64,000 bases of DNA from an uncultured Thermoleophilia bacterium (GTDB taxonomy: Bacteria; Actinomycetota; Thermoleophilia; UBA2241), in the NCBI GenBank assembly GCA_963762125.1, contig CAVXJO010000001.1:315940-379939 (forward strand), written 5' to 3'. Below, piece after piece: positions 38,487 to 49,126 of the stretch. Each line of letters begins with the position of its first letter. The stretch's first letter is position 1. Both the position numbers and the translations under genes were made by a program. The notes beneath the pieces were generated by a model. The model ran no database searches. It had not been told where the DNA came from and saw only the letters and a program-made list of their open reading frames with translations.

Positions 38487-39340
38487 TCAGCCCGCGAGCG
38501 CGCGGAGACGGGCCAGGTTCTCCTTGTCCGGGCCCTGGCCGTCGAACCCCGGCACCTCGAGGATGCCGGGCAGGTCGGCGAACGCGGGCTCGTTGACGAG
38601 CAGGCGGAAGCGCGTCCTCTCCGAGGTCGCCCTCGCCGATGTTCTCGTGGCGGTCGCGGTTGGAGCCGAGCGGGGTCTTGGAGTCGTTGAGGTGGAACAT
38701 GGCGAGGCGGTCGCGGCCGCAGCCGGCGTCGAGCTCGCGCGAGCGACCTCGTCGATGCCCTCGCGCGTGCGCAGGTCGACGCCGGACTCGAAGATGTGCG
38801 CCGTGTCGACGCAGATGCCGAGGCGCGGGTCGCCGCCGGCGGCGTCGATGATCTGGCCGAGCTCGCGGAAGTCGACGCCCATGGTGCCGCCTGCGCCGGC
38901 CGTGTTCTCGAGCAGGAGGCGCACCGGCGAGCCCTCGCTCTCGTCGAGCGCGCGGCGCAGGCCCTGCTGCACGCGCTCGAGGCCGGCCGCGAAGCCCGAG
39001 CCCTGATGCGAGCCGATGTGGGTGACGATGGCGTCGGCGCCCGAGCTGGTCGGCCGCCGTGAGCGCGCCGCATCAGCGAGGTGACCGACTTCTCGTAGAA
39101 GTCCTCCTTCTCGCTGGCGAGGTTGATCAGGTAGATGGTGTGGATGAGCGACGAAGCGGATCGGCGACGCGGCGCGCATCTCCCGGAACTTCTGCCGAGT
39201 CCTTGTCCTTGTAGACGCGTCGGCGCCCAGGTGCGCGGGCTGCCGGCGAAGAACTGCACGGCCTCCGCGCCGAGCTCCACGCCGTTCTCGATGGCGTGCC
39301 ACACGCCGCCCGACGACTTCACGTGCGCGCCGAAGTACAT
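38487..39340 (-). CDS. nfo: Endonuclease IV (frameshifted)
   Basis: FGAHV, HTIYLINLAS, LLLENTAG, CVDTAH, FHLNDSK and DRHENIGEG. Confidence 0.92.
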
Positions 39341-39356
39341 CCGCGTGCCCTCCTTG

Positions 39357-41458
39357 TCAGACGAGGTCCCGCGGCGCCTGGTGCCACCACGACCTCGTGA
39401 AGACCTCGCGTTCGTCGCCTTCCTCGCCCTCGTACACGGCGACCTCGTCGGCGACGTAGAACGTGTCCGCGTCGCACGTCATCTGCCCGTGGGTCACGAT
39501 GTGAAACCGGCCCTGCGCGCCGCGCCGGAGCACCGACTCGGCCTCGACCTCGACGCGCGCGGAGAGCGGGTCGCCCTCGCGCAGCCGTAGCTCGACCCGG
39601 TTCCACTCCTCGCTCTCCCAGCCGTTGGGGAGGACGACGTTGCCGCCGTCCACGTAGCGGAAGGTCCAGGCGATGCGTCGGCGGCGAGGTCGCGGGTGTA
39701 CGCGCGGCCGCCGGCGGCCGCCGCCGACGGTGACTTCTCGCCGAGGCCCGGCGGGACGACCGGCGGGTCGAACGGCCGGAGGTCCGCGTCCTCGGGCCGC
39801 TCCGGCCGCACCGGCAGCTCGAGCAAGCTCTCGCCGGCGACCACCGAGAGCGTGACGGGCTCCGGCGAGGGCCACGCCCACGGCCAGTAGGTCGGCGAGA
39901 GGGCGAGGCGCAGACGGTGGCCGGCCGGGAAGGACTGGGCGATCGCGTCCAGCGCGATCGACGCCTCGTACTCCCGGCCGGGCTCGAGCCGCTCCGGCGT
40001 CTCGTGGCTCGTCAGGTGCGTCAGGTTGAAGACCTGCGTCGTGACGAGCCGGGAGACGCCGCCCGGCGCCACGTCGTCGAGCCGGGCGGCGACCAGCGCC
40101 AGCGGCCGGTCGCTCGCGAAGCGGAGCGTGAGCCGCGGGTGGCCGAGGATCTCCAGAGGCTCCGCGCAGCGGCGCCGAGGTGAAGCAGAGCGACTGGCCC
40201 TCCGCCGCGCGCTGGTCGGGGGCGAAGTCGCTCGGCTGGCTCTCGGCGCACCAGGCGCCGGCGTCGGCGCCGCAGAGCTGGGCGCCGACGGATGCTGAGG
40301 CGGCCGCCGTCCGCGCCGTGCGCGGCGGCCGCCTCAGCGTCGGGTCGCGTCGTCGTCCGTCGGCGTCGCGCAGCACCCCGTCGGCGTCGAGCCGCAGGCG
40401 CCGGGGCTCGATGCGCGGCGACGGCCACTCGTCCTCGGCGACCCAGCGGCCCGGCACCTCGTCCATCCAGGGCGCGGGCGGCGACGGACTCCTGCATCCA
40501 GACGCGCAGCATCGGCTCGTCCATGATGCCGGTGTCGCTCGTCCTTCAGCCAGTGGTCCCACCAGCGCAGCGCCTCCTGCAGGAAGCCGATCGCCGGGCC
40601 CGGGCGTGGCGAAGTGCGGGTACGTGTGCGGCCCAGGGGCCGATCAGCCCCTTGCGCGGCACCGTCAGGCCCTCCAGCAGGCGCGGCACGGCGTTGGTGT
40701 AGCCGTCGGCCCAGCCGCCGACGGCATAGACGGGGCATCTCGATCGCGGCGTAGTCCTCGCAGACCGAGCCGTGCTTCCAGTAGGCGTCGCGCCGCTGGT
40801 GCGCGAGCCAGGTCTTGACCCAGCGGCTGGTTGGCCTCCAGGCGCTGCAGCCACATGCTCGCGCCAGCGCTCGCCGACGACCGCCGGGTCGCGGCGGCGC
40901 GCAGATGCCAGTGCGAACATGCATGGCGCCCCAGCGCAGCAGGTTGTCGTCCAGCAGGCAGCCGCCCATGTAGTGGACGTCGTCGGCGTAGCGGTCGTCG
41001 GTCGAGCAGGAGCGTGATGATCGCCTTGAGCGCCGGCGGCCGGCGGGCGGCGATCTGGAGGCCGTTGAAGCCGCCCCACGAGATGCCGATCATGCCGACC
41101 TTGCCCGTGCACCAGGGCTGGGCGGCGATCCAGGCGATGACCTCGAGCGCGTCGTCCTGCTCCTGCTGCGAGGTACTCGTCCTCCAGGATGCCGTCGGAT
41201 TCGCCGGAGCCGCGCATGTCGACGCGCACGCAGGCGTAGCCGTGGCCGGCCCAGTAGGGGTGGATGCAGCTCGTCGCGCGCGCGCCGTGCCGTCGCGCTT
41301 GCGGTAGGGCAGTGAACTCCAGGATCGCCGGCACCGGGTCCTGCTCGGCGTCCTCGGGCAGCCAGATGCGCGCGGCAAGCTGCGTGCCGTCCGCTGAGCG
41401 GGATCCAGACGTACTCCAGCTGGCGGACCTCGCGAAGGACCTCGTCGCGCTCGGGCAT
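39357..41458 (-). CDS. CocE/NonD family serine hydrolase (many frameshifts)
   Basis: LAARIWLP, PYRKRD, RVDMRGSGESDG, GISWGG nucleophile, VYAVGGWADGY and C-terminal jelly-roll fragments; GGAGG RBS. Confidence 0.85.
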
Positions 41459-41641
41459 CTCGACCTCCACGTCGGCTGCGGGAAGGGCCCGAGTGTACCG
41501 GGCGGCCGCTCGAGGCGGCAACGGGCGTCGCGAGGCAGTCGCGAGTCCTGCGGCCCGGCGACCGGCGCCGCAGGAAGGGCGCGGCCTCGCGCGTGAACAT
41601 GAAGCCGAACCGCTAGGCCCGACCACTGTACTGGAGGAGAG

Positions 41642-41879
41642 ATGGACCAGGAGAACATGCAGCGCTGCCGCACCTGCCCGGCGTTCGACAAGCTCCCGGG
41701 CGGCGGCGACGCGGGTCACGTGTCGCGCGGCTCCGCCGGTCGTCCTGCAGGCCGAGTCCTTCTTCCGCGGCTCGACGCGCGAGCTGCCCTTCGGCGCGTT
41801 CCCGGTGGTCGGCGCGTTCCCGCTGGTCACTCTGGACGACTACTGCATGTCGCATCCCGGGAATCGGCTCCGAGACTGA
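41642..41879 (+). CDS. Small Cys-rich protein (~78 aa; one frameshift at ~41720)
   Basis: GGAGGAG RBS. Removing one base gives MDQENMQRCRTCPAFD...GxCRAAPPVV...FPLVTLDDYCMSH. Confidence 0.65.
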
Positions 41880-42083
41880 TGTGACGCACCGGGCATCGGC
41901 GCCCGGACGTGGCACGGTCCGCCTGCGGGGGCGCGGCCTGCCACGTCCGGGCGCCGGCGCTGTCCGCGGGCTCGCACGCGCCGGTCCGGACCGTCCGACG
42001 GCCTGTGGTAAGGTTGTGCGGCGCGGAGCCCGGCAGAGCCGCCGCGCCGTCAACGGCCCCGACTCCCAGGAGAGCTTGCGCTC

Positions 42084-44837
42084 ATGTGCGGCATCTTCGG
42101 CTTCGCCGGCTCGCCCGACCGGCAGCTTCTCGGGCGTATGGCCGCCGCCATCGTGCACCGCGGCCCCGATGACGCCGGCGCCTTCGAGACGCCGTCCGTC
42201 AGCCTCGGTCACCGCCGCCTGAGCATCATCGACCGCGAGGGCGGGCACCAGCCGGTCGCCAACGAGGACGAGACCGTCTGGCTCGTCTACAACGGCGAGG
42301 TCTACAACTACCGCGAGCTGCGCGCCGAGCTCGAGGCCGCCGGCCACACCTTCCGCACGCACTGCGACTCCGAGGTCATCGTCCACGCCTACGAGGAGTG
42401 GGGCGCCGCCTGCGCCGCGCGCTTCAACGGCATGTGGGCGTTCGCCATCGCCGACCTGCGCGGCGCCGATGAGGACGGGCGCGGCGGCAAGCTGGTGCTG
42501 AACCGCGACCACTTCGGCATCAAGCCTCTGTACTACGCGCGTTCGCCGCAGACCGGCCGCCTGCTGTTCGCCAGCGAGATCAAGGCGCTGCTCCAGGATC
42601 CCGAGCTGGTCGCCGAGCCGGACGAGCAGATGATCTTCGAGTATCTGCAGCACGGCTTCCACGACCACCGCGCGGAGACGTTCTTCAAGGGCGTCTACCA
42701 CGTGCCGGCGGCGACCTGGATCGAGCTGCCGCTGGGCGAGACCGCCGCGGCCGGCATGCTCGTCGCCGCGCTCGACAGCACCGCCTACTGGACGCCGCGG
42801 CTGACGACTGACGGCGGCGACGACCCGGCCGACTTCCGGCGCCGCTTCCGCGAGAGCGTCGAGCGGCGCCTCGTCTCCGAGGTCCCGGTCGGCTCCTGCC
42901 TCTCCGGCGGCCTCGACTCGACGACGATCATCAGCTTCATGAGCGAGCTGCTCAAGGAGGACGCGCCCGACGCGACGTCGCTGCGCGGCCAGCTCAAGAC
43001 CTTCAGCGCCGTGTTCGACGGCGACCCCATCGACGAGCGCGAGTACATCGAGATCGCCGTCGAGAGCACCGGCGCCGACACCACCTACACCAATCCGACG
43101 TCGCACGAGTTCATCGGCGAGCTCCGCGACTTCGTCTGGCACCAGGAAGAGCCCATCGTCAGCACCGGCCCCTACGCGCAGTGGTGCGTGATGCGCGTCG
43201 CGCGCGAGCAGGTCACCGTGCTGCTCGACGGACAGGGCGGCGACGAGCTGATCGCCGGCTACGTGCCGTACCAGCTCGTCTACCTGCGCCAACTGCGCAA
43301 GCAGGGCGACTATGCCAAGTTGCGCGAGGAGGCCACCGCCTCGCGCGACGTGCTCTGGCCGCTGGCCAAACGGCGCATCAGGCAGCGGCGCAGGCAGCTG
43401 CCGACGCGCAAGCTCCTGCGGCGGGACTTCCTGGCCCGGACCACGGACCCCGGGTACGGGCGCTCCCAGTCGGAGCTCAAGGAGCGCCTCCTTCAAGACA
43501 CGCTCACCTACAGCCTGCCGTGCCTGCTCCGCTACGAGGACCGCAACTCCATGGCGTTCAGCATCGAGAGCCGGGTGCCGTATCTCGACCAGGAGTTCGT
43601 CGACCACATCCTCAGCCTGCCGGAGGACGCGATCGTGCGTCACGGCTGGAGCCGCTGGATCCTGCGCGCGGCGCTCAAGGGCACGCTGCCCGAGAAGATC
43701 CGCCTGCGCCGCTGGAAGGTCGGGTTCACGACGCCGGAGATGCGCTGGATCAAGGCGCGCCGCGCGGCGTTCACCAGCCTCTACCAGTCGCCGACGTTCC
43801 AGGCGCGTCCGTACTGGGACGGCGAGGCCGTGGTGAGCGCGTTCCGCGCCTGCTGCCGCGGCGAGGTCGAGGAGAGCATGTTCTTCTGGCGCGCCGCCAA
43901 CGTCGAGCTGTGGCTGCGCGAGTTCGTCGACGGGAGCGTGGTGCTCGTGGACGCCGACGTGGAGGCGGCGCTCAGCGCGCCCGTCCCCGTCGGCCCGGTG
44001 CACCGCGGCAGCATCGCCGAAGCCGGCGACGCGCAGGTGCCGGCGCTGCTCGCTGCGGCCGCGGGCCCGCAGGGCCCCGCCGCGGCCGCCGAGGCCGAGC
44101 GCCTCCTGGCCGGGTACGCGCCGAACGAGGAGAAGCACCTGTTCGGCGTCGCCGCCGGCACCGTGTTCGCCCGCCTGCCCCTGCGCACCGACCTCGTCGG
44201 TCGCGGCGACGACCTGGACGAGCTCATGCGGCGCCAGGTCGCGGAGCACGTCCGCCCCGGCGACCTCGTCGTCATGGCCGAGAAGCCCATCGCCGCCAGC
44301 CAGGGCCGCAGCTACGCGCTGGACGAGATCCACCCGACCAGGCTGGCCAAGGTCCTCAGCAGGGCGGTGACCAGGACGCCGCACGGCATCGGCCTCGGTA
44401 TCCCCGAGACCATGCAGCTCGCCATCGACGAGGCCGGCGCGCCGCGCATCGTGGCCGCCGCAGCCGTCTCGGCGGCCGGCAAGGTGGTCGGCAAGCGAGG
44501 TCTCTTCTACAAGGTCGCCGGCGCCGATGTGGAGGCCATCGACGGCCCCACCTGGAACACGCTGCCGCCGCACAACACGCACGCCAAGCTGGGCCCGGCG
44601 GACCCGGACGGCGTCGCGGCCCACCTCGCGGACGTCCTGAGCGACGCCGCCGGCGGCCGCGTCGAGTTCGTCGTCATCGACGCCAACGACCTCACCGCGG
44701 CCGTGCTCGGCGCTTCGCCGGGCGCCGATCGCGCCCTCGCCAAGCGTCTCATGCGCGACAACCCGCTGGGGCAGGGACACGAGCAGACGCCGGTCTGCGT
44801 CCTGCGCCCGCTCGGGCCGCTGCCGCTCCCGGCCTGA
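42084..44837 (+). CDS. asnB: Asparagine-synthase-type amidotransferase fused to a C-terminal coenzyme F420:L-glutamate ligase (CofE)-like domain
   Basis: MCGI (Ntn Cys), HRRLSIID, YNGEVYN, LSGGLDS and DGQGGDE; C-terminal LRTDLV..GD...VVMAEK.IAASQGR...IDAND...DNPLGQG.EQTP. Single uninterrupted 917-aa frame. Confidence 0.88.
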   Translation: MCGIFGFAGSPDRQLLGRMAAAIVHRGPDDAGAFETPSVSLGHRRLSIIDREGGHQPVANEDETVWLVYNGEVYNYRELRAELEAAGHTFRTHCDSEVIVHAYEEWGAACAARFNGMWAFAIADLRGADEDGRGGKLVLNRDHFGIKPLYYARSPQTGRLLFASEIKALLQDPELVAEPDEQMIFEYLQHGFHDHRAETFFKGVYHVPAATWIELPLGETAAAGMLVAALDSTAYWTPRLTTDGGDDPADFRRRFRESVERRLVSEVPVGSCLSGGLDSTTIISFMSELLKEDAPDATSLRGQLKTFSAVFDGDPIDEREYIEIAVESTGADTTYTNPTSHEFIGELRDFVWHQEEPIVSTGPYAQWCVMRVAREQVTVLLDGQGGDELIAGYVPYQLVYLRQLRKQGDYAKLREEATASRDVLWPLAKRRIRQRRRQLPTRKLLRRDFLARTTDPGYGRSQSELKERLLQDTLTYSLPCLLRYEDRNSMAFSIESRVPYLDQEFVDHILSLPEDAIVRHGWSRWILRAALKGTLPEKIRLRRWKVGFTTPEMRWIKARRAAFTSLYQSPTFQARPYWDGEAVVSAFRACCRGEVEESMFFWRAANVELWLREFVDGSVVLVDADVEAALSAPVPVGPVHRGSIAEAGDAQVPALLAAAAGPQGPAAAAEAERLLAGYAPNEEKHLFGVAAGTVFARLPLRTDLVGRGDDLDELMRRQVAEHVRPGDLVVMAEKPIAASQGRSYALDEIHPTRLAKVLSRAVTRTPHGIGLGIPETMQLAIDEAGAPRIVAAAAVSAAGKVVGKRGLFYKVAGADVEAIDGPTWNTLPPHNTHAKLGPADPDGVAAHLADVLSDAAGGRVEFVVIDANDLTAAVLGASPGADRALAKRLMRDNPLGQGHEQTPVCVLRPLGPLPLPA

Positions 44838-44849
44838 CCGGACCGGCGC

Positions 44850-46742
44850 CTACCTCACCACGAGCCGTTGAGAGCCGATCCTGCCCTGCCGGTTGCCGGC
44901 CAGATCGGTCGCGTAGACCTTCCAGGTGTAGGTCCCCCTCGCGAGCCGGCACGCCCAGGAGTACTTCTGCGGGGTGTTCGTCGCGCGACGGCCCACGTGG
45001 ATCGTCTTGACGGGCTTCCTGCCCCTGTAGACCCTGACGGTGAAAGCGGCTCGCGGCGTCACGTCCGTCGCGCTGAAGCGCAGGATCGCCCTCCGACCCT
45101 TCCTCACCCTGGCCTTCGAGAGGGCATGTGTTGCGGGCCGACCGGTATCCACTCGCACCGTCGCCGTGCGGGGGCTCTCAGCGTTCCCCACGTCGTCGAC
45201 GGCTCGGTAGGTGAGTCTGTGTACGCCGTTACCGCTGATCGTGCAGGACGTGCCTTGGGTCCAAGGGCCGTCGTCGAGCCCGTACTCGATATGGGCGACG
45301 CCGGAGCCCGCGTCGATGGCGGAGAAGGAGATGACGACGGCCGACGCGTGCCAGGCGCCGTCGATTCCGGTGGCCGTCGTCACGGGCGCCTCGGTGTCGA
45401 CGGCGCCCCAGGCGTCGAGGCGCCCGCCGGTCACGCACGTGCCGGCGAGGCTCGCGACACGATCTGCGCTCGCGAGTACTCGGGCGATCCGCTCGGCGAC
45501 CGTCTCGCCGGGGTGGAGGGCGGCGCACAGGGCGACGGTACCCGTGACGTGCGGCGCCGCCATGGAGGTGCCGTTCTTTGAGGCGTAGCCACCGGGGGTC
45601 ATCGAGGTGGGCACGGTGCTCCAGATGGCGGTGCCCGGCGCCGCCAGATCGACTGAGGAGGCGCCGTAGTTCGAGAACGGAGTGAGCGCATCCGTGGTGT
45701 CGGAGGCCGCTACCGCGATGATGTTCGGGGAGTCGTAGGAGGCCGGATAGAAGGGGGTGGCGTCGTTGTCGTCGCCGACCTTGTCGACGCCGCCGTTGCC
45801 GGCAGCCGCCACGACGATGATGCCGGCGTCGCCGGCGGTCTCGATCGCCCAGCGGAGAAACGCACTGTTCTCGCTGTCGCCCCAAGAGGCGTTGATGGCG
45901 ACGACGTTGACGCCCCGCTGACGCATCGCGACCACGTAGTCGATGCAGGCGATGGCGTCGGAGGTGGCGCCCAGGCCGTCGGCGTTGAAGAAGCGGAGAG
46001 CCATGATGCGCGCTTGCCAGGCGACGCCGGTGACGCCCGTCCCGTTGTCGCCCACGCCGGCCATGGTCCCGGCGGTGTGCGTCCCGTGTCCCTGTACGTC
46101 CATCGGGTCGGATGGATCGGCTGCGTCGGATGCGCTGGCCATGCCGTAGATGTCGTCGACGTAGCCGTTCTCGTCGTCGTCCAGCCCGTTGCCCGCGATC
46201 TCACCCGGGTTGTGCCACATGTTGGCGGCGAGGTCGGGGTGCGTGTAGTCCACGCCGGTGTCGACGCTGGCCAGCACCACCGACGGGGATCCCGTGGTCA
46301 GGTCCCAGGCGCCGGGCGCCCGGATCTGCAGCATGCCCCACAGCGCGGGAAGGTCCGGGTCGTCGGGCGTCGCGTCCAGGTGCAGAAGATAGTCCGGTTC
46401 GGCGCGGTCGACCCGAGGATCAGCCCTCAGCTGGTCGATCAGCTCGCCGGTCGTGAGCGAGGCCGAGCGAACGACCGCTGTGCGGCCGCCGCCCGCCGCC
46501 CGCGGCGGCACCGCCACGACGCGAGCATCGTTCTTGCTCGCCAGGCGCGTGATCGCCGCCAGGGAGACGCCCTCGTGGAACCTGACCAGGGCTTGCCGCG
46601 GCACGGACCGTGCCGTGATTTCCCGGTCGCCGGGCCGATCAGACGCGCCACCACGCGCCGCCGCGGTGGGAGCCGGACCGCTGACCAGCAGGGCTGCGAG
46701 CCCCGCGATGACGACGAGCAGCCGGGAGTGATACCTGTCCAC
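44850..46742 (-). CDS. Secreted S8 subtilisin-like protease with Ig-like and basic C-terminal domains
   Basis: Signal peptide; DTG, HGTHTAG and GTSMAAPHV catalytic triad; GGGAG RBS before GTG 46742. Confidence 0.92.
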   Translation of the reverse strand: MDRYHSRLLVVIAGLAALLVSGPAPTAAARGGASDRPGDREITARSVPRQALVRFHEGVSLAAITRLASKNDARVVAVPPRAAGGGRTAVVRSASLTTGELIDQLRADPRVDRAEPDYLLHLDATPDDPDLPALWGMLQIRAPGAWDLTTGSPSVVLASVDTGVDYTHPDLAANMWHNPGEIAGNGLDDDENGYVDDIYGMASASDAADPSDPMDVQGHGTHTAGTMAGVGDNGTGVTGVAWQARIMALRFFNADGLGATSDAIACIDYVVAMRQRGVNVVAINASWGDSENSAFLRWAIETAGDAGIIVVAAAGNGGVDKVGDDNDATPFYPASYDSPNIIAVAASDTTDALTPFSNYGASSVDLAAPGTAIWSTVPTSMTPGGYASKNGTSMAAPHVTGTVALCAALHPGETVAERIARVLASADRVASLAGTCVTGGRLDAWGAVDTEAPVTTATGIDGAWHASAVVISFSAIDAGSGVAHIEYGLDDGPWTQGTSCTISGNGVHRLTYRAVDDVGNAESPRTATVRVDTGRPATHALSKARVRKGRRAILRFSATDVTPRAAFTVRVYRGRKPVKTIHVGRRATNTPQKYSWACRLARGTYTWKVYATDLAGNRQGRIGSQRLVVR

Positions 46743-46930
46743 GAGTCTCCCCCCTCGGCACACGCCGGGCGTGGCGTCCGGTGCTTCCGTTCGACGAGTA
46801 TCCAGATGGGGGGACGATAGCAGACGGGGCGGGCCTCCGCAGAAGGCTCGGCGGTCACATGCACGTGACCGCCGCCCATCCCTCGGGGTATAACGGGGCT
46901 CGGCTGGAGCACCTACGAGGAGGTCGGCCG

Positions 46931-47877
46931 GTGAGCATCGTCGAGGTCAACGAGCTGCGGAAGCAGTACGACCCGCCCAAGGGCGTGCTGGCCGTCGACG
47001 GCGTGAGCTTCGACATCGCCGAAGGCGAGATCTTCAGCCTCCTCGGCCCCAACGGCGCCGGCAAGAGCACCACCATCTCCATGCTGAGCTGCCTGCTGAA
47101 GCCGACCGGCGGCGACGCCACGATCGCCGGTCACTCCGTGGTCAGCGCATCCCAGGCGGTCAAGGAGACCATCGGTGTCGTCCCGCAGGACATCGCCCTG
47201 TACCCGGACATGAGCGCGCGGGAGAACCTCATCTTCTGGGGCAAGATGTACGGCCTTTCCGGCGACGCGCTCAAGCAGCGGGTCGACGAGGTCCTCGAGC
47301 TCATCACCCTCGTCGATCGCCAGAAGGACCGCGTCGACAAGTTCAGCGGCGGCATGAAGCGGCGCGTCAACATCGGCGTGGCGCTGCTGCACAGACCCAA
47401 GGTGCTGTACCTCGACGAGCCGACGGTGGGGATCGACCCGCAGAGCCGGCGGTCGATCCTCGACGGCATCCTCGCGCTCCGCGACCAGGGGATGACGATC
47501 CTCTACACCACGCACTACATGGCCGAGGCGCAGGAGCTCAGCGACCGTATCGGCATCGTCGACCACGGCAAGATGATCGCCATCGGGACGCACGAGGAAC
47601 TCGTGAAGATCGTCGGCGAGGGCGCCCGCGTCACCGCCCGCGTGGACCACTCCCTCGAGGGCATGGCCGAGCGCTGGCGCGAGGTCAAGGGCGTCGACAA
47701 GGTCGACATCGAGGAAGAAGAGGCGGTGCTGCTCACGGAGGATCCCAACGAGGTGCTGCCGCGGCTGTTCGAGGCCGCGGCCGCGGTCCGGGCTCCCGCA
47801 TCACTGAGATCAACGTCACCGAGCCGAACCTCGAGATGGTGTTCCTGCACCTGACCGGGCGGGCGCTCAGAGAATGA
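46931..47877 (+). CDS. ABC-2 exporter ATP-binding protein (DrrA/LnrL-like; frameshift at ~47790)
   Basis: GPNGAGKST, FSGGMKRR and YLDEPT; C-terminus NLEMVFLHLTGRALRE in the shifted frame. Confidence 0.9.
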
Positions 47878-47890
47878 CCAAGGCGTCGCG

Positions 47891-49126
47891 ATGAGGAAGA
47901 TCCTCGCCATCGCGTGGAAGGACCTGCGCAGCACGCTGCGCAACCGCCCGGCGCTGGTCATGATGCTGGTCGCGCCGCTGGGGCTGGCCGCCCTGCTGGG
48001 CTTCGCCTTCGGTGGGAGCGGCGGATTCGACATCGCCGCGACCAAGGTCGTGGTGGCGAACCTGGACAAGGGGGGCGCCGAGGCCGGCCAGAGCGCCGGC
48101 GCCGCCATCCAGAAGATCCTCACCAGCAAGGACCTCTCGGACGTCCTCGCCACGAAGACGGCGACGTCCGCGGACGCCGCGCGCAAAGCCGTCGACAACG
48201 GCGGCGCGGAGGTGGCCGTCATCATCCCGGCGGACTTCACCTCCGTCGTCTACGGGAGCGGCCCCGCCGCCACGAGCCAGGTCGAGCTGTACGAGAACCC
48301 GACTGCGGACATCGGTGGCTCCATCGTCGAGGGCGTCGTCGGCCAGGTGCTGGACGACTTCAACGGCGCCCGCGCGGCCGCCGCCGGCGCCGTCGCCGTG
48401 CGGGACGCCGGCGGTCCCTCCGCGTCCACGGTGGCCGCCCGCGCGGCCGAGACGTTCACCCACGCCGGCGGCGTCTCGGCCGGGCTCCAGGTCGCCCAAC
48501 GCTCGCCAAAGGTCGGCAAGACCGGCACGGACGTCAGCGTCACGGGCTCCATCCTCGCAGGCATGATGATCTTCTTCATGTTCTTCGGCGCCGCCAACGT
48601 CGCGCGGACGATCCTCACCGAGGACCGCGACGGCACCATGCCGCGCCTGTTCACGACGCCGACGCGGCATGGCACCGTCATCGCCGGTAAGTTCGTCGCC
48701 GTGTTCCTGACCGTGCTGGTGCAGGCCATCGTGCTCCTGATCGCCGGGCGGCTCATCTTCAGCATCCACTGGGGCCGCATCGACGTGGTGATCCTGCTCA
48801 CCGTCGTGGCCGCCGGCGTGGCCGGGGGCCTCGCGCTGCTCGTCATCTCGTTCGCCAAGACGCCCGCGCAGGCGGGCGCCATCGGTTCCGGCGTCTACCT
48901 CGTCCTTGCGCTGCTCGGCGGTAACTTCACAGGGACCGCCCAGACCGGCACCACCTACGCGTTCATCCAGCAGTTCACGCCCAACGGCTGGCTGCTCCAC
49001 GGCTGGGACACGGCCATGCGTGGCGGCGGCGTGGCGGACATCCGCTGGCAGGTGCTCGTCCCCCTCGGCTTCGCCGTGGCGTTCTTCTTCTTCGCCGTGA
49101 TGAGGATGAGGAGGAGGTTCGCATGA
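47891..49126 (+). CDS. ABC-2 permease with large extracellular domain
   Basis: IAWKDLR start; TM1, extracellular loop and five more TMs; co-operonic with the ATPase. Confidence 0.88.
   Translation: MRKILAIAWKDLRSTLRNRPALVMMLVAPLGLAALLGFAFGGSGGFDIAATKVVVANLDKGGAEAGQSAGAAIQKILTSKDLSDVLATKTATSADAARKAVDNGGAEVAVIIPADFTSVVYGSGPAATSQVELYENPTADIGGSIVEGVVGQVLDDFNGARAAAAGAVAVRDAGGPSASTVAARAAETFTHAGGVSAGLQVAQRSPKVGKTGTDVSVTGSILAGMMIFFMFFGAANVARTILTEDRDGTMPRLFTTPTRHGTVIAGKFVAVFLTVLVQAIVLLIAGRLIFSIHWGRIDVVILLTVVAAGVAGGLALLVISFAKTPAQAGAIGSGVYLVLALLGGNFTGTAQTGTTYAFIQQFTPNGWLLHGWDTAMRGGGVADIRWQVLVPLGFAVAFFFFAVMRMRRRFA

Noticed and set aside
23228-41458. Calling the frameshifted genes pseudogenes
   Set aside because: The breaks include normally essential genes (rnpA, nuo subunits elsewhere), all motifs are intact, and there is no nonsense decay. 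Sequencing error is more parsimonious.
41877-41920. Possible selenocysteine read-through (TGA-TGT followed by a hairpin) in the small Cys protein
   Set aside because: The motif is complete before the stop, the downstream frame is not protein-like, and GC hairpins are ubiquitous here.
41613-44780. Long antisense ORFs (e.g. 41613-44780, 58795-62070, 10814-12586, 14608-16116)
   Set aside because: They are shadow frames of real genes, expected at high GC3, with no motifs or RBS.
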